NCBI GenBank assembly: GCA_964349465.1 | Contig: CAYGGC010000001.1 | Coordinates: 124,375-188,374 of the forward strand | Origin: an uncultured Gammaproteobacteria bacterium | GTDB taxonomy: Bacteria; Patescibacteriota; Patescibacteriia; SBBC01; CAIJZX01 | Reading direction: 5' to 3' | DNA length: 64,000 nucleotides | Program-made: the position numbers and the translations under genes | Notes under the pieces: model-generated | What the model saw: the letters and a program-made list of their open reading frames with translations, nothing else | Database searches by the model: none | Told to the model about the DNA's origin: nothing | Shown here: positions 48,387-57,279 of the stretch, in pieces | Numbering within the stretch: the stretch's first letter is position 1 | Layout: each line of letters begins with the position of its first letter

Positions 48387-49298
48387 ATGATCACGACGAA
48401 GGGGACGGAACTCCCGATCCTGGATCTGGATGGTTTTCCGGCCATTCACGTCCCGGTCCTTCAGACTGCGGCTGGAACGCCGTATCTGCGCGAACCGGGC
48501 GTGGCTTTGCTCGCCAAGCCGGATGTCAGCCTGGCTGGGATGCAGGGTTTCCTCGAGGGCTACGATCCGAACTTCAAGTTCGAGGAGTATCTCAACGATC
48601 CTGACATCTTGCCCCCCGCGGAGACGCTGCTCAAGGCGGCTGGCCAGACCTGCTACGCGAGCTGGGGTCCGGGACGTTCCTGGAACAAGGATGCGGCCAA
48701 GTATCTCGATCACATCAAGTCGTCGGGACACGGCTCGGTTCTCGAGCACGCCAACTTCTCGTTCCTGCTCTACGGCATTTCCCGCAGCAATTCCCACGAA
48801 GGGGTTCGCCATCGGGCCGGCACGGCCTTCTCGCAGCTGAGCCAGCGCTACGTCTCGGGCCGGGTTCTGCGGTTCGTCGAGCGGCCGTCTTACGTCGCGA
48901 GCGAGAAGCTCCACGCGCGCTTCGAGCGCCGGATCGACTTCCTGGCCAAGGAGTACGCGGAGATCAGTGAAGAGCTCTACGCCATGCAGGCGGCGGGTGA
49001 GAATGCGATCCTGTCGGCCGATCAGAAGACCGATCTGCGCAAGAAGGTCCAGCAGGAAGCGCGTTCGGTTCTCCCGAACGAGACGGAGACCGTCATGGTC
49101 CTGACCGGCAACGTGCGGTCGTGGCGACACATGATCGAGATGCGCGCCAACGGGGGCGCTGAAGTGGAGATTCGGGGCACCTTCTACCGGCTCTTCCACT
49201 GCCTGAAGCTGGTCGCGCCGTTGCTCTTCAACGACTACGAGATCGTCCAGCAGCCGGACGGCACCTGCGTCGTGGCGACGCCGTATCGCAAGGTGTAG
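48387..49298 (+). CDS. thyX: FAD-dependent thymidylate synthase ThyX.
   Basis: ThyX motif EGVRHRAGTAFSQLSQRY (RHRxxxxxS). Confidence 0.85.
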   Translation: MITTKGTELPILDLDGFPAIHVPVLQTAAGTPYLREPGVALLAKPDVSLAGMQGFLEGYDPNFKFEEYLNDPDILPPAETLLKAAGQTCYASWGPGRSWNKDAAKYLDHIKSSGHGSVLEHANFSFLLYGISRSNSHEGVRHRAGTAFSQLSQRYVSGRVLRFVERPSYVASEKLHARFERRIDFLAKEYAEISEELYAMQAAGENAILSADQKTDLRKKVQQEARSVLPNETETVMVLTGNVRSWRHMIEMRANGGAEVEIRGTFYRLFHCLKLVAPLLFNDYEIVQQPDGTCVVATPYRKV

Positions 49299-49300
49299 CC

Positions 49301-49528
49301 ATGTTCCTGACCTGCAAGGAAGCTCGCCGGATCGTCCGACGGTTTCGCAAGGGCGATCGTCCACGTCCCGTAGTGCACCTCATTTTCCGGGCCTCGGCTC
49401 ATGTCGATAACTGTGGGTGTGAATTCTGCTCGGCCGTTGTGGTCGAGATGGAGCGTGCACCCCAGCCGACGCCCGACGTTCTGTCCTTTCCGGCGCACCG
49501 CGCACCAACCGTTTCCACGGCCCGTTGA
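49301..49528 (+). CDS. Small Cys/His-containing hypothetical protein of 75 aa.
   Basis: HVDNCGCEFC cluster. Same high-GC composition as the island. Followed by a terminator. Confidence 0.3.
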   Translation: MFLTCKEARRIVRRFRKGDRPRPVVHLIFRASAHVDNCGCEFCSAVVVEMERAPQPTPDVLSFPAHRAPTVSTAR

Positions 49529-49550
49529 AGTCTGACGGGCCTTTTTTCTT
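49519..49550 (+). terminator. Rho-independent terminator.
   Basis: GGCCCGTtgaagtctgACGGGCC followed by TTTTTTC. Confidence 0.6.
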
Positions 49551-49579
49551 TGCTAAAACTCTGGTAAACTACGCCTACT

Positions 49580-51061
49580 ATGGAACTTGAAGCAGTCATC
49601 GGTCTGGAAGTCCACGTCCAGCTGAAAACGAAGTCAAAAATGTTCTGTCGCTGCGATAATCGCGACGACCAGCCGCCGAATTCCGCGATCTGTCCGGTTT
49701 GTTCAGGTCAGCCGGGGGCGTTGCCGGTGCCGAATGCGCAAGCGATCGACTGGGCGGTAAAAACCTCCTTAGCCCTCGGCTGTGCGATCAATCAGGAATC
49801 GAAATTTGATCGCAAAAACTATTTCTATCCGGACCTCCCAAAGGGATATCAGATTAGCCAGTACGACAAACCATTTGGCCATGACGGAACTCTGACCTTC
49901 CCAGTTGCTGGTGTCCCAACCACCATTCGTATCAATCGTCTCCATCTGGAAGAAGACGCCGGGAAGTTGATGCATTCCGGAAGCGCCACACTGGTTGATC
50001 TGAATCGTTCCGGAACTCCGCTGTGTGAAATTGTGAGCGAGCCAGATTTTCGCACCCCAGCTCAAGCGAAGGCCTACCTGGAAGAGATGCAGCTGATCAT
50101 GCGCTACCTTGGTGTGTCCGATGCGGATATGGAAAAGGGGCATTTGCGTTGCGATGCGAATATTTCCTTGCGCCCGGTTGGCGAAGAGAAGCTCTATCCG
50201 AAAACGGAAATTAAAAACCTGAATTCGTTTCGTTCGGTTGAGCGGGCCTTGCAGTATGAAATTGACCGCCAGACGAAACTTTGGAACGCGGGAACTCCGG
50301 TTATGCAGCAGTCGACGCGTGGCTGGGATGATGGTGGACAAAAAACGACCGACCAGCGCGCAAAAGAAGATGCGGCTGACTATCGTTACTTCCCGGAGCC
50401 AGACCTTCCACCGGTTATGATTTCCGATGATCATCTGGCTCGACTTCTCGCGGAAGTTCCAGAATTGCCAGCCGCGCGGCGTGAACGGTTTATGGACATG
50501 TATCGTCTGACCACAACGCAAGCGGATGGATTGGTAGCGGAAAAAACCCTAGCGAACTACTTCGAAGAAGTTGTTTCGGAATTCCGTGATTATGCGGAAA
50601 CTGAAATTGGGGCCGACAAAGCGAGTGCCCTGTGGGAAGCCGAAAAGGGGAAAGAGACCGCAGTTATCGCGAACTGGCTCCTGAACCGCATTTCAGGCGA
50701 ACGGCGGGCCGCTGAAGGCCTTCCTGTGCCAGCGGTTGACCTTGGTCGACTCCTGTGGATGGTTCATCAGAATGTGATTAATATTCCCTCAGCCGTCCAG
50801 GTGTACGATCACATGATTGCTACGAAAAAAGGACCGCATCAACTTGTGAAAGATCTCGGCCTCGAGCAAGTCAGCGATACCGGCGAACTCGAAAAAATCC
50901 TCCAGGAGATTATCGCTGCCAATGAAAATGTCGTCGCCGAAGTGAAAAGTGGTAAGGCCCCAGCCGCCCAGTTCCTCGTTGGGCAAGCAATGAAAGCGAC
51001 GAAAGGTAAAGCGAACCCACAGATGATTCAGGAGCTATTAAAGAAGCTCTTAGGGACGTAG
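49580..51061 (+). CDS. gatB: Asp-tRNA(Asn)/Glu-tRNA(Gln) amidotransferase subunit B.
   Basis: Conserved N-terminus (IGLEVHVQLKTKSKMFCRC). No gatA or gatC in the window. Confidence 0.9.
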   Translation: MELEAVIGLEVHVQLKTKSKMFCRCDNRDDQPPNSAICPVCSGQPGALPVPNAQAIDWAVKTSLALGCAINQESKFDRKNYFYPDLPKGYQISQYDKPFGHDGTLTFPVAGVPTTIRINRLHLEEDAGKLMHSGSATLVDLNRSGTPLCEIVSEPDFRTPAQAKAYLEEMQLIMRYLGVSDADMEKGHLRCDANISLRPVGEEKLYPKTEIKNLNSFRSVERALQYEIDRQTKLWNAGTPVMQQSTRGWDDGGQKTTDQRAKEDAADYRYFPEPDLPPVMISDDHLARLLAEVPELPAARRERFMDMYRLTTTQADGLVAEKTLANYFEEVVSEFRDYAETEIGADKASALWEAEKGKETAVIANWLLNRISGERRAAEGLPVPAVDLGRLLWMVHQNVINIPSAVQVYDHMIATKKGPHQLVKDLGLEQVSDTGELEKILQEIIAANENVVAEVKSGKAPAAQFLVGQAMKATKGKANPQMIQELLKKLLGT

Positions 51062-51925
51062 AAATTTTTTCACGAGCGGTATCGCTTGCGTCGGCGTCAC
51101 CCACACAATATCCTGGTCACGTTTCCACCAGGTCATTTGGCGTTTGGCGAAGTGACGTATGGCCGAGTTCAACTGCGCGACCATTTCCGGTTTCGTTATG
51201 TTCTTTTGCAGATACGCAGCGAGATAGCGGTACTCAAGCCCAAAAGCATCAAGGCGTTTCCATGACAAACCTTGTCGATGAAGTTGTCGAACCTCGTTGA
51301 TCATGCCAGCTTGCAGGCGCCGATCAACACGCCGAGCAATATTTGTATGCAGTTTCGGTTTGGAAATTTTTGTCCCGAGTTGTAAAATGTCGAAGGGCGG
51401 AAGGACAGGGAATGTCCGAGTTTTTTTGTCATTGGCAACTTCAATCGCCCGTATGAGGCGGCGGCGGTTGGCTGGGTCAATTGTTTTTGCGCGCTCCGGG
51501 TTTTTCTTCTTGAGCATGGCGATCAAGAGCGGCGTGGATTTTTTCTCCAACCGCCGCCGCAGAGCCGGATTCGGCGGGACGGGGGAGTAGGCGCCCGGTT
51601 TCGTTAGCGCGTCGATGTAAAAGGGTGACCCACCGACCAGGAAGATTGGCGTGCGAGCGGGAATATGTTGTAAGACACGGGCCACATCACGAACGTACCG
51701 ATCGACCGAGTATTGTCCGCGCGGCGCGGCGACATCAAGAAGAAAGTGGGGGACGCCGTCCATTTCTCGCTTGGTCACCTTTCCGGTTCCGAGGTTCAAA
51801 CCGCTGTAGACCTGACGTGAATCGGCGGAAATAATCACCCCGTGAAACTTTTTCGCGAGGCGAACCCCGAGCGCGGATTTTCCGCTAGCGGTTGGGCCGA
51901 GGATAATGATGAGTTGACGATCCAT
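51050..51925 (-). CDS. miaA: tRNA dimethylallyltransferase.
   Basis: ILGPTASGKS P-loop and the MiaA core. Confidence 0.9.
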   Translation of the reverse strand: MDRQLIIILGPTASGKSALGVRLAKKFHGVIISADSRQVYSGLNLGTGKVTKREMDGVPHFLLDVAAPRGQYSVDRYVRDVARVLQHIPARTPIFLVGGSPFYIDALTKPGAYSPVPPNPALRRRLEKKSTPLLIAMLKKKNPERAKTIDPANRRRLIRAIEVANDKKTRTFPVLPPFDILQLGTKISKPKLHTNIARRVDRRLQAGMINEVRQLHRQGLSWKRLDAFGLEYRYLAAYLQKNITKPEMVAQLNSAIRHFAKRQMTWWKRDQDIVWVTPTQAIPLVKKFLRP

Positions 51926-51975
51926 GGGTGCAGTATATCATGCGAAAAGGCTGCTCGTGATCAGTGCTATAACCC

Positions 51976-52803
51976 TTATTGTAAGTAGTTCAGCAGTTCA
52001 GTGAGCTTGTTGATGCGTCGGACTGATCGAGGTAATCGTTGCGGGGCCCAGCCTTGACCGCCAATCACGAGCAGTGTCTTAGTTGGGCAGGCGGCGATAA
52101 ATTTTTGTAGATAGTCGCGGTTCACTCGTTGCGCATAGGTGTTCGTGATGCTCACCATAGCCGGTTGCAGGTCCTTTGTCGCTCGAAGGAGCTCCTCGAC
52201 TGGGGTATTTGCGCCGAGGATTTCTCGCTGGTACCCGCATTGCTTAAAGATCAACGCAGCCATTTGTAGCGGGAGTTCATGGAAGTCGCCGCGGACGCAG
52301 GCCATGATGACTTTCGGTGGACGCGACTGGTTTGGTTCGGGGATGAGATTTTCAAGCCGAAGCAGGTCTTGGCGGATGCGAAAACTCATGCGGTGCTCTT
52401 CAACAATTGTCAGACTTCCTTGGGACCAGAGGTCGCCAATCATCCGTAAGGTTGGAGCGATAATATCCTCCAGAATCGTAACCAAAGGAGTTCCGGTTAC
52501 GTACTTATGTTCAATCAAATCTGTCGCTTCGATATCACGATGATCCCGAAGGAGCAGAAAATATGAACCCGGACCTTCAATCGGGACTACTTCGCGTTTC
52601 AATCGCTTCAGGACATAGGACCGAGGAGCGAGATGCGGAAACCGTTGTATAAATACATCAAGCTGTTTTCGGCTCGTCCGACGATGCCCCCCAGGCGTGA
52701 CCGATGAGGGGATAATACTTTTATCAATCCAACGCTTGATGGTCGAGACATTAACGTCAAAAAGGCGGGCTAGTTGGGGCGGACTAAAATGCACGTTTTG
52801 CAT
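51976..52803 (-). CDS. MerR-family HTH regulator with a C-terminal cobalamin-binding domain (CarH/LitR-like).
   Basis: N-terminal HTH (PPQLARLFDVNVSTIKRWI). C-terminal Rossmann-like B12 domain (VIMACVRGDFHEL...VSITN...VIGGQG). The DxHxxG motif is degenerate (the G is a P). Confidence 0.55.
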   Translation of the reverse strand: MQNVHFSPPQLARLFDVNVSTIKRWIDKSIIPSSVTPGGHRRTSRKQLDVFIQRFPHLAPRSYVLKRLKREVVPIEGPGSYFLLLRDHRDIEATDLIEHKYVTGTPLVTILEDIIAPTLRMIGDLWSQGSLTIVEEHRMSFRIRQDLLRLENLIPEPNQSRPPKVIMACVRGDFHELPLQMAALIFKQCGYQREILGANTPVEELLRATKDLQPAMVSITNTYAQRVNRDYLQKFIAACPTKTLLVIGGQGWAPQRLPRSVRRINKLTELLNYLQ

Positions 52804-52868
52804 GTTTCAATAGTACCGGGTATTATCTTTTTACGCAAGTCGACTTATTCACTCAATGACAACCAGAT

Positions 52869-53423
52869 ATGAAAAGTTCTGCATGGGTGGTCATCATCGT
52901 TATCCTCGCGGCGGGAATTGGAGCTTGGGCTCTTGTTTCATCCGGGTCGAACAAGGAGACGAAAGAAATTGAAACCACAAAAACATCTTCAGAAACAACT
53001 AACCCAACTACTCCTATGGAAAAAAATATTGTTGAAACCGCGATTGCGGCTGGTTCCTTCAAAACACTTGTGACCGCCGTCCAGGCCGCCGGACTCGTTG
53101 AAACCTTAAGTGGTCCAGGACCCTTTACGGTCTTTGCCCCAACCGATGAAGCGTTCGCAAAGCTCCCAGCCGGGACGCTCGAAGCCTTGCTCGCTGACAA
53201 AGCCAAGCTCGCCTCGATTCTGACCTATCACGTCGTGTCTGGAAAAGTGATGGCCGCCGATGTGGTTAAACTGACCTCAGCCAAAACAGTTCAAGGTCAA
53301 TCGGTCACGATTAGCACGACGGATGGTGTGACGGTTGATAACGCGAACGTTATTCAAACGGACATCGAAACCTCGAACGGCGTGATCCACGTGATCGACG
53401 CGGTCATCTTACCAAAGGAATAA
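52869..53423 (+). CDS. Fasciclin (FAS1) domain protein, secreted or membrane-anchored.
   Basis: N-terminal TM/signal segment. FAS1 motifs [10 protein letters not shown] and [13 protein letters not shown]. Confidence 0.8.
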   Translation: MKSSAWVVIIVILAAGIGAWALVSSGSNKETKEIETTKTSSETTNPTTPMEKNIVETAIAAGSFKTLVTAVQAAGLVETLSGPGPFTVFAPTDEAFAKLPAGTLEALLADKAKLASILTYHVVSGKVMAADVVKLTSAKTVQGQSVTISTTDGVTVDNANVIQTDIETSNGVIHVIDAVILPKE

Positions 53424-53491
53424 ACACTTTTTTCTCTAGCGCCCCGCGTTCGCGAGGCGCTAGAGAATACTCTTGAAAGGAGGTGAGAACA

Positions 53492-53710
53492 ATGAAAAAC
53501 AATTTTATGGATATGTTGATGATGACCTTACTCGTCGTCGGTGGTCTAAACTGGGGCTTGGTCGGGGTCGCAAAATTTGATCTCGTCGCCGCGATCGTTG
53601 GGAAAACATTTGGCGAAGTGAACGTGGTGAGCCAGATCGTGTATACTCTCGTCGGTATCGCCGCGATCTACACCGCGGTTCGGATGATGACTCGTCCACG
53701 ACAAGCGTAA
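53492..53710 (+). CDS. DUF378 family membrane protein.
   Basis: GGLNWGLVGVAKFDLVAAIVG signature. GGAGGTG RBS. The track's longer ORF starts at 53483. Confidence 0.7.
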   Translation: MKNNFMDMLMMTLLVVGGLNWGLVGVAKFDLVAAIVGKTFGEVNVVSQIVYTLVGIAAIYTAVRMMTRPRQA

Positions 53711-53733
53711 TGTCTTCTCACGAATACACAGCT

Positions 53734-53764
53734 CCACCCGCCAGTACACTGGCGGGTGGTTTGT
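53734..53764. terminator. Bidirectional terminator shared by the DUF378 gene and thrS.
   Basis: CCACCCGCCAGTacacTGGCGGGTGG followed by TTTG. Confidence 0.6.
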
Positions 53765-53786
53765 AGTGTTTGGTTATGAGCTTGTT

Positions 53787-55535
53787 CTAAAGTGTGAGCG
53801 AGCGCTTGGTAACCAGTCCCTGGGTTTTCGTGACCCAGGCTTTCAGCGTTACGGTCTGAACTACTTTTTTCCCGCGAACACGGATCGCTATTTTTTTCAG
53901 CGCCTTTTCCTTATCGCCAAGGACAATCATATAAGGAACTTTTTGCTTTTCGGCTTTGCGGATTTTATAGCCGACGGTTTCGTCAGCATCATCGAGGTGG
54001 GCCCGGAGACCAGCTTCCTTGAGAAGCTTGAGGAGTTTTTTCCCCGAGGCGTTATGTTTCTTGGCGACGGTTGCGATTTGGACTTGCACCGGGGCGAGCC
54101 ACAGTGGGAATGCTCCGCCAAAGTGCTCGATCAAGACCGCGAGGTAGCGCTCAATCGAGCCCATGATCGCGGCGTGGAGCATGACAACTCGTTCATGATC
54201 ACCTTGTTCGTTGACGCAGGTCAGGTTGAAACGATCCGGCATGTTGAAGTCGAGTTGGATCGTCGCGACCTGCCACTCACGGCCGAGCGAGTCCTTGGCC
54301 ATAAAATCAATTTTTGGACCATAGAAGGCGGCTTCACCAATTGCTTCGGTCACCGACAGCTTGGCTTTTTTTGCAAAGGCCCGGAGGGTTTGCTCGGCTT
54401 CTTTCCAGCGGACGGGCTCACCGAGATATTTTTCTGGGTGGGCTGGATCGTGCAGTGACAGCCGAGGCGTGAGGCTGAAACCGGCGGCTTTATAGAACGT
54501 CGCGATAATTTTCCAGATCTTCATCATTTCATCGACCACTTGGGAATCGCGGCAGAACACGTGGGCGTCATCTTGGGTAATCGATCGAACGCGGGAGAGT
54601 CCAGCCAGCTCGCCAGTTTGTTCATCGCGATAGACTTTCGTGGTCGACGAATACCGTTGGGGTAATTCGCGGTAGGAATGCTGTTTGCGCGCGTAGATTT
54701 GCGTGTGGTGCGGGCAGTTCATCGGCTTCATCGCGAACTCATGCCCTTCACGAGTGGTAATCCGGAACAATTCATCTTTAAATTTGGCCCAGTGGCCACT
54801 CGTTTCATACAGGTCTTTTTTCGTGATGTGCGGAATATCAACGCGGTCATAACCGGCCGCCTGCCGTAATTCCCAGACAAAGCCATCTAGGAGGTCACGA
54901 ATGAGTGTGCCTTTTGGTGTCCAGAGGGGTAGACCGCTACCAACCAGTTCCGAAAAAGTGAAGAGGTCCAGTTCGGGGCCGAGGATTTTATGATCGCGTT
55001 TTTTTGCTTCCGCTTGCTGGATTTGGTAGGCGTCGAGTTCCGCTTTGGTATTGAAGGCGAGGCCATAAATGCGTTGTAGCATCGGCTTCGTGCTATCACC
55101 GCGCCAGTAGGCCCCAGCTGCATGACTCAGCTGAAAAGCGTCAGGATTCATCTCGCCGGTGTTCGCGACGTGCCCGCCTCGGCAGAGGTCGATAAATTTT
55201 CCGACGCGGTACCAGGTTACCGTCTCACCCTTTTTTTTGAGTTCTTCGAAGAGCTCTTGCTTGAAGGGTTGGTCAGCGAGGTATTCATGAACGCCGGGCG
55301 TGTTTACGTCGATCTGCTCCATCGGTAGGCGCTGCTTGATCAGGTGCTTCATCCGTTTTTCCAGCGGTTTCAAATCTTCTTGCGTCACTGGCCGACCGAT
55401 ATCAAGATCATAGTAGAAGCCGGTATCAATTGACGGGCCGATCGCAAATTTCGCTTGCGGGAAGGTGTCTTGGATCGCATGGGCGAGTAGGTGAGCGAGG
55501 GTGTGGCGGACGTGGTCGAGGGCGGGTGTTGACAT
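53787..55535 (-). CDS. thrS: Threonine--tRNA ligase lacking the N-terminal TGS domain.
   Basis: Begins at the editing-domain HxxxH (VRHTLAHLLAHAI). Class II core and anticodon-binding domain. Confidence 0.9.
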   Translation of the reverse strand: MSTPALDHVRHTLAHLLAHAIQDTFPQAKFAIGPSIDTGFYYDLDIGRPVTQEDLKPLEKRMKHLIKQRLPMEQIDVNTPGVHEYLADQPFKQELFEELKKKGETVTWYRVGKFIDLCRGGHVANTGEMNPDAFQLSHAAGAYWRGDSTKPMLQRIYGLAFNTKAELDAYQIQQAEAKKRDHKILGPELDLFTFSELVGSGLPLWTPKGTLIRDLLDGFVWELRQAAGYDRVDIPHITKKDLYETSGHWAKFKDELFRITTREGHEFAMKPMNCPHHTQIYARKQHSYRELPQRYSSTTKVYRDEQTGELAGLSRVRSITQDDAHVFCRDSQVVDEMMKIWKIIATFYKAAGFSLTPRLSLHDPAHPEKYLGEPVRWKEAEQTLRAFAKKAKLSVTEAIGEAAFYGPKIDFMAKDSLGREWQVATIQLDFNMPDRFNLTCVNEQGDHERVVMLHAAIMGSIERYLAVLIEHFGGAFPLWLAPVQVQIATVAKKHNASGKKLLKLLKEAGLRAHLDDADETVGYKIRKAEKQKVPYMIVLGDKEKALKKIAIRVRGKKVVQTVTLKAWVTKTQGLVTKRSLTL

Positions 55536-55603
55536 ATGATGTAGGAGAGGTCTAGGGTAAAGTATATTTGGTGTTCCGGCTGCTCATTCCAAAGGGGGTT
55601 CAG

Positions 55604-55957
55604 ATGGAGCTTTGGATGGTTGTAGTTTTGGGCTATCTCGTCCTCTTAGGACTGGCTTTTCTTGAGGACTCGCGGGCGTTGTCGCGGCGAGACCGGTTGC
55701 GCTTGGAAGCGTCGAGGGCGGCCCGGAGACCGTCGCCGAATTGGCGACCGGTAGCCGGAGAGCGCATAACGCTTTTCCGAACGAATCGATCGCCTGATCT
55801 CGTGGCTGAGATTCTCCGGGCGACAGCTCGGAACTATGCCGAAGTTGCGAGCGAGTATAACCTATTGGTCCAGGTTCAGGAGCTCGAGGTTCCTCAGCGG
55901 CGTGGCCCGGTGGAGGGCCGCCTGACCTTCGAGGTTGTTTCTGTGCCGACTACCTAG
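55604..55957 (+). CDS. Hypothetical one-TM protein.
   Basis: Start moved to the ATG at 55604, which begins the TM segment (ELWMVVVLGYLVLLGLAF); the ORF track starts at 55568. Followed by terminator CCGACTACCTAGTGGTCGGCTTTTTT. Confidence 0.4.
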   Translation: MELWMVVVLGYLVLLGLAFLEDSRALSRRDRLRLEASRAARRPSPNWRPVAGERITLFRTNRSPDLVAEILRATARNYAEVASEYNLLVQVQELEVPQRRGPVEGRLTFEVVSVPTT

Positions 55958-56172
55958 TGGTCGGCTTTTTTATGCAAATGAACCAACCATCAAGAAATGA
56001 TGCTTGGGGCCCGGCGTAAGCGCCGGACGGTTCCACCCAGGTTCTCGCAGCGAGCGAGACTTTCGAATTGTCTATAGTTTAGGCCGTTTGGGCTCCTAGA
56101 GAGGGATTTGACTTGGTAAGTCAAACAATCACTATGAGGATAGTCTAGCGCAACCGCCCGAAGCCGTCAAAA

Positions 56173-57276
56173 CTAGGGGACGAGGAGATCGAGATGAATT
56201 TTACTTGGGTCGTCCACCGCCGCTGATCGCCACCACGGACTAATGTCGACCGTCGCTGTGGCCACATGTTCGTTAGCTAACAGTTTTTTGATGATGGCTT
56301 CACGACTGAGGCCGGCAAATTGACTGGCGGCGAGTTGTGATGCATCCGCCCGGATTTGGCTCAGCCCCTCAACCGTGACCACGACTGTCGCGCTCGTGGA
56401 GGTAGGTTGTGATTCGATGGCGAGTACAGGTGTTTCGATTGAGGCAATTTCTTGGCCATCGGTTAAGGTGCTGGCGAGTCGCTGACGAATGAGCTTGTCG
56501 AGCTCTTGTTGGTCATAGGTAATCGTGATCCCTTTCATAGTGACGGTGACTGCGTAGGTACTGGCCGCTTCTTCAGCTGCCGGAACAGTGGCGACTGATA
56601 CTGGGACGAGAGACTTAAAGACACCCGCCGACCCGGTCCCGAATTTTTCGCGGACTGCTTCTTCGCCAGCGTTGCTCGCGGCGGTGAGATTTTCTAAGGA
56701 GAGTGACCCCGATTGGCCAACCAGTCCACCGGAAAATGAGGCCGTGCTTTCACCAAAAATCAGAGCCTGGTTTGCTGGTCGGAGAGCCACAATCGTGAAT
56801 CGACCTGGTGGAACATTGCCATCCTCACCGAGCGGATCAGCGACGGCGGTCGCGGTGACTTGGCCTTTCGCCGGAACATCAAGTCGAGTCGTGGTCCGAA
56901 CAATGACGCCGTTGGCGTGTTCTAGTCGAGTCCCGGCCGCGAGCGGTTGGGGCGCGCTCGACGTGTTTTTGATAATGACCGTTCCGGAGGCGTGAGCTGG
57001 TACCTCGGCGCCGCTGACGCTGGGCGCGGCTGTGACCGTCGCGGACACATCCTCCGTGGTCACCGTTCCAATCAGTCCAAGGTCACCCTCGGCCTCTGGG
57101 CCAACCGTTACCGAAAACGTCGTAGTGAGCGAGGAGAGGGCGGGCGTGACCCGAATGACGGTGTTGCCACTGCTAGCGTAGACGACGCCGGCGATGACGA
57201 TTATTGCTAAACTACAAAATACGATGAGGACCGGGCGATAGAAGGCTTGGATGTGTGATTGGCGAAGGGTGGGCAT
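56173..57276 (-). CDS. Hypothetical N-terminally anchored extracytoplasmic protein, Thr/Ser/Ala/Val-rich, downstream of dnaE.
   Basis: TM segment at aa 15-35. Repetitive beta-rich composition. 4 nt from the dnaE stop. Confidence 0.5.
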   Translation of the reverse strand: MPTLRQSHIQAFYRPVLIVFCSLAIIVIAGVVYASSGNTVIRVTPALSSLTTTFSVTVGPEAEGDLGLIGTVTTEDVSATVTAAPSVSGAEVPAHASGTVIIKNTSSAPQPLAAGTRLEHANGVIVRTTTRLDVPAKGQVTATAVADPLGEDGNVPPGRFTIVALRPANQALIFGESTASFSGGLVGQSGSLSLENLTAASNAGEEAVREKFGTGSAGVFKSLVPVSVATVPAAEEAASTYAVTVTMKGITITYDQQELDKLIRQRLASTLTDGQEIASIETPVLAIESQPTSTSATVVVTVEGLSQIRADASQLAASQFAGLSREAIIKKLLANEHVATATVDISPWWRSAAVDDPSKIHLDLLVP

Positions 57277-57279
57277 AGG

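Noticed and set aside
53424-53482. Inverted repeat TCTCTAGCGCCccgcgttcgcgaGGCGCTAGAGA between the fasciclin and DUF378 genes
   Set aside because: There is no U-tract on either side, so it is not a convincing intrinsic terminator. It may be an attenuator or protein site, but the evidence is insufficient.
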